Positions 13,961-27,667 of a DNA stretch of 64,000 bases are shown piece after piece (position 1 is the stretch's first letter; each line of letters begins with the position of its first letter). The stretch comes from Balanoglossus misakiensis (lineage: Eukaryota; Animalia; Hemichordata). The position numbers and the translations under genes are program-made. The stretch lies in assembly GCA_040954595.2 (NCBI GenBank), contig CM082584.2, forward strand, positions 7,335,919-7,399,918, given 5' to 3'. Below the pieces are notes generated by a model. It had not been told where the DNA came from and made no database searches. It saw nothing but the letters and a program-made list of their open reading frames with translations.

Positions 13961-14236
13961 TGGTACCAGAAGTTGTTTAGTATTAGTATAGCATAGTATG
14001 TAGTTGTATGACAACTTCATTTTAATTTACAGACCGAGTCACTTTGTGGTTTATATATTTATTTTCATTTGAAATTTTCTCACCCATAGTAACATGTTTT
14101 TGGTTAATTTTTTTTAAAAGTTCAGTGTTATTGCTCAAAGGTGTCTGTTATCAATTTTACTGATTTGTATTAACATGAAAAGTAATAGTACAATAGATTG
14201 TTCGAATTGCTGTGTAGCATGCAAAGCGTGTGTTAT

Positions 14237-14321
14237 CCCATTCACCCCATATTTCCCTCTTTAGGGGTCCAACTTTACCAATATAGATTAGGATTAGCAC
14301 CAAACTATGGTAGTGAAAGGG
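14237..14321. mobile_element. Short MITE-like element with CCC..GGG ends and TTAA-like flanks (piggyBac-like); related copy at ~41033-41131
   Basis: Left end ttat|cccattcacc, right end gtgaaaggg|ttaa. The second copy (cccattcacc..ttccctct..ggtcca..caaa..ggtggtgaaggg) has similar internal sequence. Confidence 0.5.
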
Positions 14322-15292
14322 TTAACTTAATTCAGACAGGACTGTTGATGAGAAACAACACCTTTTTTATAAGTTACTATTTTTAACAAGTGATAAACAG
14401 TGGTATAGCTCAGTTACAGAATTTACAGTAATTTGCGTTGACAGTCCGGGACACATATCATTTACATGAAAGATGGTCCAATTGAAACAATTTTGTAAAA
14501 TAAAGAGCGCCTCGTAAATTATGCAGCCCAGATGTGATTTTAGCATGTCTCTGTTGAAAGCCAATGGCTCAGACTACCCAACAATTTCTATGCAATGGCA
14601 CAGAGGCAGTGTGTACTGATAAAACAATGTAGCCAATTTTCACTACATGTATATTACTCTGAATATAGTAGATAATTTAAAGTATTTTTCTGATACGAAT
14701 AGAGGCTTTTTTTAGTCATATTAACTTGAATTTCTGTGGCTACATTTGTGATGTACATGTATGTACAATTTAAAAATAAAACAATCATGATCCATATCAT
14801 TAAAGGACATCGAGCACTTACAGGTTCTATGTAGTAGGTACATTAACGTGTAATTAGCAAGGTGTGATTTATTTTGGATTAAAGTTATTTAAAAAGTTCA
14901 ATGCATTGTATCTTTAGTTGGTTTTGTTCTTTCTTTTTAACTGATTAATTGATGCGCTGTGCTACAAGAAAAGAGACAGTTATGGGCCGCCATTTTAGTA
15001 AAAATAAACTGACCAAAGAGAGAGTGTTTCGTAAATATAAAAAGTTAACTTCCCAAACTCCAGTAAACTGAAAAAGTTTGCTCGCCTTTAAAGAGTCTAC
15101 TGCGCACGCGCAAAGCAATTATGTAAATTTCACTGACCTGCTCCTGTTAAGATAGTTAAACTGGTCGATTAATACTATTATAGCGACAGTTGCGATCAGA
15201 TGTTGCAAACCGCTGTTGTGTGTATGTATTATCCTACCCATTAAGTTTGGCAGTCTTTGTACCGCTGGTGCCTTTTAGAATAGGCCTACACA

Positions 15293-17786
15293 ATGTCAAA
15301 CCTGAAGTGGTACAAGATCGTGACAGACTGTATTCTGTTAGCGATAGGTAAGTCACATCGCTGGGGCATATTATGGAACGGACTGTTGACGGACACAGTC
15401 GCTTGATTAGGTACCGAGCCCTGTTTTCGTTTATAAGTGACTATAACGGTGTGTAAGCGGGTCATTTAATCCTACAAAAAGTGGTTGCCGGTTGAGAATA
15501 GGAGCTGGGCACCCCACCCCACCCCACCCAACTGAACCCCCCCCCCCTCCCGACCAGGAAGCAGCCGTTTACAACTCCATTCATACCGGATGCATTCCCG
15601 GATTCCTGGGGCCACACACATTTCGATCAGGTTTAAAGGTCGCCATTCAGCGTTTTCTGATGCTGGTCATATTTAACCTGTTATATCATAAGGCTGTAAT
15701 TAGAATTAACGGTGATATCAATTGCATATTTAACACTTCTCCCATTTACTGTTTGTTTTCTTCCCCTGTAGTCGGAATACCCATAATTATTTTGAACAAC
15801 CTGGTGTATCCATTTAAGCGAGGCTTTTATTGCGGTGATTCAAGTATACTATATCCTTTTAAGGAGAGCACCGTTCCGTATCCTGTTGTGGTCGGCATTG
15901 GTTTGGGTCTGCCAATCATCGCAGTAAGTTGTTTTCCTTTTTGGAAATATTAAGTACAGCTGGCTTACTAATGTACTGAGGATGCTAAGCATCTTTTCCG
16001 TCTCACTTCCAATCATAATTAGACACTTGACACTCAAACATCGTATACTGGCTTCAATATAGGATCTGTGTAGCAACGCTTAAATTTGCTTCCTTGCAGG
16101 ACCAGAATAAGGTCATTAAATTTTCAATCTTGTGATCCTGGTCATTCTGGATTTAGAACGCCTCAGAAGTTTACGAGTACCCCTTTCTTTTATTATACGT
16201 CGGCCTATCCTAAGTTCTTTCATGGAGCATATTATTACTCTGTCTGTGATTATCATGTGTTACTAAAACTTTCCCTGTATTTTGACAGTTCATCATCTGC
16301 GAATCGGTAATTTATGTACAGTGCAAGAAAGGCGACTTGTCCACTCGGTACCACGCCACCAAGCGGCTACATCGAATGAACGTACACCCGCTTGTTTTTC
16401 TGCTGTACTACGTCACGGGCGTTTTCCTGTTCGGCGCTCTCGTCACCCAGGTAACCACTGATACTGTGAAATACACAGTCGGGCGCCTGAGGCCGCACTT
16501 CATAGCGGTTTGCGAACCCAACCAGGATCTGTATAATTGCTCTGATGGCTATATTGATTGGGATGTGTGCAGTGGCGACGATGAGCTGGTTCAAGCGGCC
16601 AGGTAAGTGGAGAGTCACTTCGGTGGCCAAAACCAAAAATGAGATTGGACAGACTGTAGTGATATGTGTGGAAGGGAATCGCGAGGGTGGGCACAGCGTG
16701 AAGCAGAACAAATTATAGTGGGCTTAAAATTGTCCGGGCGTTCATTTTATGCTGAGTACATACTTGAGAAAGACGAATAATAAGACAGTCTTTAACATGT
16801 AAATTATTGAATGGAAAAATCGGTTGTTCGAGGGCGCGCACCCTGCTCGTAAAATGTCTATATGTACATTGGTGGTTACTTGTATACAATGCTCGAATGA
16901 ATATATATAAATAACCATAATTTCTTTCTTTATAAAATAATAGGTTATCATTCCCATCTGGGCATTCATCGTTCAGTTGGTTCTGTGCAGTTTATTTTGT
17001 GGTGAGTACAATTTTCACTCATACTCTGACTAACTCGATCGTCATCTTTTGGTTCTTAGGACCATTGGGAAGTGCTTTCTTGTTTGGGGTTAAAGGGTGA
17101 CGAGCGTCTTATGCGCATGTGCGTAATTTCGTGAGTATTGACTTGATACAATTTTTGTAACCGATGTCTCTGGTTTGACACATGCGCATAGGACGATCGT
17201 CGCTCTTTAAGGTGTGCGCCCAACCCCTGAGTACTAAATCGTGTTGTATTATTCCCAGGTATACCTTGAGGCCCGATTCGTCTGGGACTTTTCACACCTG
17301 CTGAAACCGGTTCTTCAGCTCGGCGCCATTGTTCTGGCATTACTTACAGCGCTGTCACGTGTTTCCGACTACAAACATCACTGGAGTGACGTCATGGCTG
17401 GTAGTTTGCTTGGGGGCACTGTGGCCATTATCTTGGTGAGAATCACATTATTATTTTTTGTAAACGAATTTTTCCTATGCTACTGTACTCGTGTAACTTA
17501 GAATATGGATTGTCGAACTAGAAGGCAGATTTTTAAACCGGTAATATTCAAGTTTTTTTTGAAAACGAGCGAAAGTTTTTTGCCAACTTGAAGGGATCAT
17601 TGAAAGAAGTCTCGTAAATATTAATTTTTCGTCGTTTCCTTCACAAGATTCTCATTCACTATTGTTTCCCATTTTGATTTGCAGTTTTTCTACACGTCGA
17701 ATTTACTGAAATTTCCGCGTCCGAGCACTAATGCACGCGACGAAGACGCTACCCAAGATGGTTTCGAGCCTTATCCTATATCTTAA
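15293..17786 (+). CDS. Phospholipid phosphatase (PAP2/PLPP1-3/wunen-like), copy 2
   Basis: Exons 15293-15347, 15772-15923 (PFKRGFYCGDSSILYP), 16289-16602 (KYTVGRLRPHF), 16944-17001 (RLSFPSGHSS), 17259-17435 (SRVSDYKHHWSDV), 17685-17786. Intron positions and phases match copy 1. Confidence 0.93.
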
Positions 17787-19940
17787 GAAGGTTGCTGTTG
17801 TTAAGCACAGAACTCTCGAAAAGTGTACTTTTAGTGCACCATTGATTTCATTTACAAACCTAGAACAAACACCTGAGGCGTTTGCTTGTGTTATTTATGT
17901 ATGTTATATTAAACAGCTACAAACGTATATTCTTGCCACACTGCTGTCTCTCCACACACGACTATGGCCAAAGTAATGGTGAAATGAAAGGACAGAACTA
18001 CAGTCTACTTATGTGGTACGCATGAAATGTGGAAGGAAGCGAAGGCAGCCCACTATTTGAATACGTCAAACGCAAACTTCGCAGACCATTTGGATTGGAC
18101 GTGATGGTTGTACACACGAAATGACGCACATGCGCATAAGGAGAAGCTGCCCAGGTGTGCATCGGCCATTTTGTTCTGTGATCTCTGCTCTGGGGGCTCG
18201 ACCATTGGTTGCGGTTTCATTTTTACCTCTCACGCGGTTTCGCCTGAAAGTTTCGTTTTTTCGACGTACCAGAACTTAATTAAAGTACTTTGCTGACGTA
18301 CAATCTAAAATTCTTACTCTATAGAAATTACATGTTTCGAGAAAAAAAATACAGAAAAATGTTACTTACAGTGGAGGATGTGCGCAATGGGGCTGCAAGC
18401 CAGGCACCCTCGATTTTCGTCAAGTCGCTTTCCATGACTGACCGTTCATTTACGTAGTCTTCAATGGGACTACCACAATCTTGCAAAAACCTGTCCATTG
18501 GCACAGTCATGACCTCCAACTTGGTTGTAGAAAAAATGGCTCTGAGTCGTTTTCGTCACTGCTTTCAGCCATGATGTTTGTACGTCAAAGACTGAGTTGC
18601 GAATGAAGGAAGTGGCGCCTCACTGACCATCTGGCAAATAACCTGGTGACAACTGTCCAATCGAGATGGGTCATTCATCAAGTGCATTTTGTCAAGCTTG
18701 TGATTGGTTGATGTGATTGAGAAGTTGTTTAGCATACCCAGATAACAGATGCTGTCATAATGCTACGTGTTGTAGGCCAGATAATACACTCGAACAAAAC
18801 AACAACTTCGTTTCTATCTGGAATTCTAAAATCGTTCGTTGGGTTACAAACGCTTACAGCATTAATTAGACTTTATTTAAAAGATAACAACGAATGTTCA
18901 AGTAGGAATAGCGTAGTTATACTAATAGTACGCATTTTTAATTAATCAGTCAAAAGTCAATGTATAACCAAGATCTTGCCTGCAACAAGAAAAGTACATC
19001 TTGATAGACTGAACTTTATTGGCAAGAAAAAGTCAGAGAATATGTACATGCTTAGTTTATCACTGCATATTAATAAAATGCTGTCTCTGAATATTATATT
19101 TGTTCTAATTTAAAACATAATTGCGTGAAAGAAAACATCCACGGTAGCAAATGGAGATCGGCCGTCATCCACACGACAAATTGCAATAGAAAATGTAAAA
19201 CTTACAATATCATTAGTAATTGATTCTGATAATAAGTCAGCTACTCCGGGTCGCATAATCCATCGGATTTTCATCACTACGTCACTACATGCTACATAAT
19301 ATGATTGTTCCTCGCCATGTCGGTGGGATAATTTTAATGTCCCTGACAACCACTGCATGCTACACAAGCTCTAAATTTATGATTGATTGTCATTTAAAAT
19401 CGTTTTCAACGACGACGTTACCACCATCGGATAAACAATGCGAGAAATCGCGTGTGCGTTCTAAGCTGCTGGTTAGTAATACTATAAAAAAGGCAAAAAT
19501 GTAAGTAAAGTTTAGTTTTCAAAGCGAGCTACAATTGGAATACTGCTCTTCCCTTACACAAATTGAGGATAATGCTATTGCTCTCTTGTGATTAGCTTTT
19601 AAGTACACACTAGAACCAATATGGCAATTTAAGACAAACTTCTTTGACAAAACATGATTATACATTTAATGTCTAAAAACTCTAGAACTACCTTTTGACG
19701 TCGTTCAATTAAAAAGTATCGCTCCTTATTTTCGAATTCGCCCACGGGTAAAGCTATTGTTTTGGGAAGGCGGTTTGTGTTAAAAGACCGTAGTTTTAAC
19801 ATAAGTTTTTTCTCTGTATACCAGTAGAATCCAAGCTTTCCCACTTTACCTGTGGGAATCTGGTCGTCATAGGTTGAACGTTCATTCGGAAGGCCAATTT
19901 CGCACGAAAACTTCAAAACTTTCCGAGAAAGCCCGAGTTC

Positions 19941-22614
19941 TCACGAAAAAGCCACGGAGAAAGCAACTATGAGAATAACAGCGATGATCCCGGCGATGAT
20001 TGCGGCAGTTGCAAATTTGCAGGCGCAGCGGGAAGCTTTCTCCGCTTGCGCTAAATCTTCTTTTTCTATTCTTATTCTGACCTGTGAACAACGAGCAGAT
20101 TTGTCACGCGTTAGCGTCCCTATATTAACAAATTGCCGGAACAGACCCTTTCCGATTAATAGACCGAGACCCTGCGACATCTTGCACCTATTCTGGTGTC
20201 ATACAAAGCTTAACGTGTATTAAGCTTACTAGTACTTGGCTAGCAACCCGTTGCTATGGTAATTTACCGAATCTCGGCATATCTCGAAATTAGCGGAATA
20301 TCATCTTTTCACACCATTTTTACACATGTTTTAGAGGTCACATATCAATCACCGAAATAACCCGGCATAGCAATGAGGCGTACACAACTGGGTGTAGAGA
20401 GAGTTATGGCCCACCCCTTTCGACCCATATCGTCATGATGCTTACGGGAATACGAGATATGTTAATATGACGTCACCAGTCTTCAGACTCACCTGTTTTG
20501 AATAGTAGCAGGCAATGGCCCCAAAGGGCAGGAGACACATTAGAAACCCCAGCAGGGAAAGACAGAGGTAATCGTTGGGCATCTGGACATAGGCAGCCTG
20601 GTCTACATCAACTCTTGGCAACTGAAAAAAACAACAGAGAGCCGACGTCAAATTGGTCGAATTTCACGAGGAAGAATCAACCAAACCATCAATCACAAAC
20701 ACACTCACTCACTCATTCATTCAAAAAGGCAAACACTATCAAACAGGCATACAAGACGAAACACAGACGAGCGTTTTTTCTCCAACTGAATGAACATTCT
20801 CAAAGACTATGCGACTGTGACTGTAGCTTACCGTCGCTTGACTGTTGTAAAGGGTGATGCTCCCCGCCAAACTCTTTCGACCCAGCGTACTGTTGCCATT
20901 CGGACTCAGGCTTCTGCTCCGACCCAATGTACCGTTGGCGGCGTACGAGCTGCCGCCGTATACACTACTTCCGTCATGCTTTGGAATTGTACTCTGGTCA
21001 GAAATAACTGTGATTTGATCAAGATCCGCGTCAACTGAAAAAGGAATATCAAAATGCTCGATTAGGTCTTGAAAGAAGTAAAAATACACATATATATCGA
21101 TCAGGAATAAATTGACCAGAGTACTGTAAAATGATCATAGGCAATTCAATGAAAACCCCAATCCAGAACGTCGCGCGTTCACAGAACGGCAGACGTGTTA
21201 CGTAACCGTTGTTTATAATTACAGAAGGGGCATTGTGACAGTTGAATAATTACATCAGGCTCAGCTGGTCACTTTCACAGACCTATTCAGTTATATATTT
21301 TTAAATCAAGGTCATGTCCCTCCATGATATCTACCCGTAGCTTTTGATACTGAAGTATGTGTCACTGTGTGTCATTGTCTTCAAATCACAAACCAAATTC
21401 CCATACACGCGGGAATTGGCCTTCATGTACGGAAGATGATAAAGAGCAAAATGGGGCGAAAGAATCTGGCCTTGCAATGTTTCCGATAATTTTATAAGAA
21501 CATAGTCCTGTAAGTCCTAAGGGTGCGTCTCAAACTTTTAAAAAGTACATTGTGCTTTCATATCTATATCTCAAAAATATTTGCATGAGGCTACTACAAA
21601 AATGCGACACTATCCGTCACCTTTTAAAAAGTTCTCTTGAATCTCAGAACTATGACGCCGCTTGCAGCTCGATTTTATCGATTTTCAAGAGTACCCAGCC
21701 CCTGGTCATAACAAAGGCTTACACCGAGACTGGACGCGTAAACAAATTAACGGATGCTTGGTCGTTTTGCAAGCATCGGGCAATACAACGAAATCAAATT
21801 TATATGTATATACGAGTAGGATAAAATACACGGCCTGTGTCTTGCCACGGAGACAGTGCCCCCACTACCATTTCAACGCATTAGTACAACAATATTCTTC
21901 ACACAAAAAAATTACAAACATTTGACAATACTGCCTCACTCGCCCAGAAATTTAAATTCCACCACAAAAACAGTTCCGGTGATATTCTCTCCAGAGTTCA
22001 AGGGCCTGTCACCTTAGACCACGCACACAATTTCTCGGGTAGCATATCACCGGTGGACACCCCCCCCCCCCCAACGGTAACACAAACCCGTTTCCGTGTC
22101 GGGTACGGCCACAATAACACACCAACGCTGTTCGAACTACCACCGGACAAAGGGTTTTAACAATGCAGTCGTATGGACTAGAAAGATCCGCGACATAATT
22201 TGGTGCGATGCAGGGTTTCCAAGATTTATAAACCACTGTGGTCCCCGGATCCATGATTAGCAATCGAGAGTCTCAGACTAATCGGGGAACAGACAGTTTA
22301 AGTGCAAGGCTATTTATTAAAACTTGGCACATCACCGGACCACTGTCACTATAGGACTGGGTCAGCCCATGGGGAGTACATGTATCAGAGAGCTTGGACG
22401 AAAGCTCGATAGCCGAATGTGACATATTTCGCAGTTCTGTACAGAGCGGCATACATATCGGTCTACAACTATACTACATGTGCACGTCTTCACAGCTTTT
22501 TCGGGAATCAACATTTTAAAACAACGCCTCTGCCATGGAACTGACGCTCGCGTATTATTTTTTGTAAACGGATGAAGCAAATACACTGTATATGGACTCA
22601 CCTTGGCTGTCCAT
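19941..22614 (-). CDS. CD225/dispanin family membrane protein A (PRRT/SynDIG/IFITM-like)
   Basis: Minus-strand exons 22614-22602 (MDSQ; least certain), 21034-20832 (Ser-rich), 20621-20493 (MPNDYLCLSLLGFLMCLLPFGAIACYYSKQ), 20081-19941 (VRIRIEKEDLAQAEKASRCACKFATAAIIAGII...). Shows the CD225 pattern P-x-DYL..C..P.G..A..YS..V......D...A...S..A. Confidence 0.85.
20236..20310. repeat. Dispersed intronic repeat, second copy at ~50683-50757
   Basis: cttggctagcaacccgttgctatggtaat..tctcggcatatctcgaaattagcggaatatcatctttt versus cttggctagtatcccgttgctatggtaat..tctcgcgagatctcgaaatgagcggaaaatcatctttt. Confidence 0.8.
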
Positions 22615-23896
22615 TACGTCTTTGATTTACCGTGGCCTAGTTTCAAGCATACAGTCGTGTGAAACCACAGCAGCACAAACGATGCTGGTAAAAAATTAGG
22701 TCATAGGAACGGTGCGTTTTAGCCTGGGCGTTGGACTTTCATGGTGTCCACCACTACATGTATATAGCACTTGGTGAAAGTGGCGTCGTTACGTTTGCGG
22801 TTTCAACAAAAAGAGTGATTATTTGCATGACAAAGCGTTTGCATGTTATTAGGGGCAATTCATAAAACAAACGCTGCTCAGAGAAGAAAGTCCACCGACG
22901 ACGATTGGTCGGTTACTGGTGTGGTGCGCGTGAGGCAAGTTAGGAGCTTGTGTACTCTCTGTAATATTGTTCTCCGTGATTCTGGCCGAAATATTATTAA
23001 AACACAATATGTGTGTGGCAAGTTATCTCCTTTATAGATCCCTATATGATTGTACGTAATAGAGGGACTGTGGTCTGGATTTCAATTGTACATGTATCTG
23101 GTAAATGTGCTTTCCTTACATCGCACACTTCCCCCAGTGCAGTGAATTGAATGCGGTGATGGTGGCTCATTGATCAGTGACACTGCTAAGTAGCCAGTCT
23201 TTTGTGTGAAAAAAATCACACGATATATCAGTGTCGAACGATGCCACACGTCGTGTTTTCAGCAGAAGAAAAACTGGGCAAAAGTACGCGGGTCTCTTGA
23301 TAAATTCTCTCTGGGCTTGAACCTGGACTGAGATCATGATCAAGACAACAGCGCCATCATATATTAACGACAAATCGCATAGTTTAAAGAACTTACTTTG
23401 TTTATTCCCGACCGACATTCGTTTGCCTGTTTGCCTATGTTTTGCTCCAGCGGTACACCGACGACAGCTAGAGTACGATCACAGAAACAGACAATGTTAA
23501 TAAAACATCACTGTAAATATGGGTTAAAGAGTTCCATGCAAACAGAAATGCACTTTTCGTCATCTTCTAATGAACTGTAAACATTCGAGGTTTTACACCA
23601 CCCAAAAGAAATGAAACGTTTTCTTCCATTCACGTCTGTAAAATACCGGCTGCTCGGTGCATGTATTGCCAGGTTTCAATGATTGACGTGTCACGTTTTT
23701 TTTGTTGAAATCCGCCATCTTGAAATTCTGTCGACTACACACGATATTATAGTATTCACTATGTATAGCCAAGATTTAAAGCAGCGAGGACTATAATGAC
23801 CCAGGTGCGAGGGTTGCCGTTGGTTGCGCTTGCTCCCTGTCCGACTTTCTTTGTTAAAACTCCGGAGTGCAGATTCAGTCTGCGCACCGTCGATGA

Positions 23897-26186
23897 CTAG
23901 TAGTCATAGTAACTGTTTTGTTGGTTGATGACCAACACGACGACCACAACGATGATCACCACGGTGAGAATAAAGCCGATGACAGAGAGAACCACGGAGA
24001 TCTTGCTCAGCTTGTCAGCGGTGCTGTGTTTGCCCTCACAGCGGAAAGCAAGAGCCTGCAAATAGTAAGGGATCAAATGGGACATGAAGAAACCAAGATG
24101 TTGGACACCCTGTTTTTCTTCGTTGCTTTAAAAACGACTCTCCGCACATTTTAATACAACGTATAGCAAAGAATTGAAAAGAATTGAAGGACTATCACTA
24201 AAAGTTGTTCCCTAGGCGAATACATGTGCTACCTTAAAATACTATAGTATGATCTGTATTTAAATGTACACTTACGAATCCAGATACGATGACGGCCGCA
24301 ATGCCCAGGGGGATAAAACAACAGAACGCGTTGCAAATGGCCATGACGAGTCCCACAATGTCCCAGGCGTTTGGTGTTGTCGACCTGGCGTCGCGAACTA
24401 TGGTGGTATGCTGAGGGGCTGACGTCACCTGTAAATAGCAAATATATCAACGTATACTAGTTATACGGGAAATACGCCTATAAGATGAACTAAAATGCGT
24501 CTGTGGGTGTGTTCAAGTCCAAAAAGATCTCGGACCAAATTGGCTCAGAGAACATAAGCCCAAAATTACAAAAGTTTTATACTGTCAAATTAATATAGGC
24601 CACAACTTTATAAATGTGGAGTTGCTTTTGATATAGTGATGATAAAAAAGAGTCTCAACAAAAAGAAATATGGTTCTGCAGTATACATACTTACCACCAC
24701 ACTTGTCGTAGTACCTTGCATCTGTTGTGCAGGGGCGTACGCGGGCTGTGGTGGGGGAGGGTATTGGCCCGAAGGCGGATACATCGACTGTCCTGTCGGG
24801 TACGACGCCGCCGGCTGCTGTGGGTATGCCGCGGTCCCCACTGGCTGCTGGTATGGCGGTGGTGCCGGGTACGAGTCCGTTGAAAGTGGGTGTGGTTCTA
24901 TAAGTAATCGAAAAGGAAGGAAACCGTTAAGTGCCTGTAATATTTGGTTACTTGGGATAATTTGCGAAAATTATGCAAGGCAACCATTGCCCCCAAATTG
25001 TGCTAAAACATGTGCATGACATTTAAAATATCTGCTATATTTCTTGGCCAATTAAAATAATCATGTAGTGTCAATATCAAATATCTTCGTCATCTGATCA
25101 CCGCCACCAATTCAGAAGATGACAACGTCTCGTAAGCAAAGTTTGCCGTGGTTCATTTAGTCCTTCCCCCATCTTAGGGGTGTTACCTAAATGTATGGGG
25201 GGGGGGGGTTATAACTGATCTGCAGTCTCTACTCTGCACGTGAGACCCAGATCTGCACTGAACGTAATAGGACCAGCTATCACGTGACCGAACATGATAG
25301 CACATGGCGCAGTGTACTGGCTTGTGTTTGGTCCCTTGTTAGCATAGACTGGAAATACATGAAATTCGGTAAAATCGCCGGTTCTAAATGAGATTACACA
25401 CCGGTTTCCTCCCATTATCCGCTTTAAATTGGACAGTTCTGCGTTTAAAACGTCGGTTTAAAAGGGGATTTTTGTCTACCGGAAGCGCGAATGCATATAC
25501 AGACTGCAACCACAAATCCCTCCCTAGGCCCCATCTGTGACGGTTTAATATTCATAACATCACTGCTCTGCGTTTGTGCGGATCTCCTCCATGTTGGAAA
25601 AAATCGAAGGCAAACGTGCCACGTTATATTGCGGCCATGATTAGACTACGGGCGCTATTTACACAAAGCAGGACAAATTCCCTTGGATACATGTATAGGG
25701 TTGGGTAGTCAAATAACTGCAGACGTCAAGGTCAGTTTGACCCCAGTGGCTTGAAGTCTATATATGACGGGCCCGCCGGTACAGGCATTCAAATCTGCCA
25801 TCATGCTCATTTTAAAACAACGTGGTTGGGAAAAGAGAAGGGTACGCATTCGCACTGGCAAACAACAACAATACATTATCATAATACGCGGCTTTAATCT
25901 TCACAGAAAATGCCAGTGAAAGCTACCGGCATGTGATGGTATACGTATAGATGTGGACTTGCCAGGCACAATTCACAGGGAGCTGTAATATCATGACTCC
26001 GCAGCAAGCCAGGATGTAAACTAAAAGTTGTGGTAAATACATAGTGCGCCACGTTACAGACATTGCGTCACTCATCACCAGAATTGGACAATAATATAAA
26101 ACAGAATTGTATTATTGCGAAACATACTGGCGAATTCGATTGAATTCGTGTCCATGGCAACACATACCTGCGCTCTTCTCCTCCAT
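23897..26186 (-). CDS. CD225/dispanin-like protein B with Pro/Gln/Tyr-rich N-terminus
   Basis: Exons 26186-26168 (MEEKSA), 24897-24695 (YPAPPPYQQP..YPPSGQYPPPPQPAY..TTSVV), 24428-24276 (WDIVGLVMAICNAFCCFIPLGIAAVIVSGF), 24055-23897 (ALAFRCEGKHSTADKLSKISVVLSVIGFILTVVIIVVVVVLVI..YYDY*). CC-x-x-PLG and two hydrophobic segments are typical of dispanins. Confidence 0.85.
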
Positions 26187-27459
26187 TTTTAAGTAGTCGT
26201 GGCTCTATAGAATTCCAGGATAGTGGCGAATGTGACCTTTAACCTCCTGGAAAAGAGCCTATCCGAGGGACCAGTCAGTATGTGCAACGGGGAGGGCCAG
26301 ATATTGGTAGTAGGGGTAGATATGCTCAAAATCGAGTGCGGTATTATTTTATGAATATATTATTTCAGATAAATTGCTTATCGGGGTGTATTCATCAGCT
26401 GTGATATCTAAAAAAATCTGGAGGTTAATGCTAGTGGTACAACATACAAAGACAACGACGGATTTTCACGCTGGATAATACTGGTATCTTTATTCAGTTC
26501 ACCGAATTTCCCTGTTGTAAATTTCAATGACTTTTTTATGTAAAAATTCAAAATTCTCATATTTTGCAAATTGACAAACAGCTCCTGGAAAAATGCATGC
26601 ATAGTTATATTTAAGCAGGTAAAGATAAGGCACATCTCGAAATATTTACCATTTCTATACGCAGTAACTAAGAAAACCACACGCAGATTGCGGGACATGA
26701 TTTTAACAGGCCCTGGTCAGTTCGTGTGCATTGAAGCATGTAACGGGGCCTGTACGTGAACTGGTCTGATTTCGCGCGAGGCTGTCTTCACAGACACGAA
26801 CCAGTTCTGATGGTATATGAATGCATACAGACATAGCCTAATGCATTGCTGCCCAAGTCCGCTACTGTTCAAAAAGTGGCGCGTGGACAAGGTGTATATC
26901 GGCGTTAACTTTAAGATAGTGTTACAGGGTATGTACCAGTAAATTAGAATATATAAAATGACGACCCTGTGGTAATTTGGTCTATAAATTTTTTACTGCT
27001 ATATTCGATCACACGCGTACGAAAACTGCGGTCCTTGTATATATGTTGCTACTAACACACTAAATTCAGAAAATGATTGACGCCTTGTTAATTGTCACGT
27101 CTTGAATACACACATAATGATGCTACAAAATTCACTCTGAGTTGGGTAGTATGAGAAACAGGAAAACGTGTAACTTTTGTTTCCATGGATACGTATCTCA
27201 CTGAGAAAGCCGCATTCGCCACACAAGGATATATAAATGTGATACTCCGCATACGATATATGCCGCGGTCCGGTCACGGCAACGAAATCGAATACAAATC
27301 GTGAGAATCTGATCAGATATTTTGTAAGGTGCTGAGTGCCCATGGTTATAAGGTAAAGTGTGAGGTCGCCCCGGTTCGACCTCCCCCCTGCATGAGGGGA
27401 GAAAGAGAATTTAGTGTTCGCACTTCAGAGAATGTGTTCATCCAAAGACCTCTACTTAA

Positions 27460-27644
27460 AGGTATACGGTCACTTATGGAAAATTAGCTATAGTTACCAT
27501 GGCGAATTGAAATCTAGCCAATCACAGATTTTCAGTGGGTGGCACACGCGAAAAAATGAGCGCCACTATATTTTCGTTAGAACGCTAAAATACGCCACTT
27601 CAGCCAAATATGGGCGTATCTAAATTGGAGGAGACCGTAAACCT
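27460..27644. mobile_element. MITE with TTAA target duplication and AGG..CCT termini (Kolobok-like)
   Basis: ttaa|aggtatacggtcac ... gagaccgtaaacct|ttaa; the terminal inverted repeat matches at 12 of 14 positions. Confidence 0.65.
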
Positions 27645-27667
27645 TTAATGTGACTCTGAGGTCAGAA

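Noticed and set aside
18328-18573. Possible minus-strand exon with a gtaagt donor near 18369
   Set aside because: No recognisable homology or partner exons, and the upstream ATG frame stops early.
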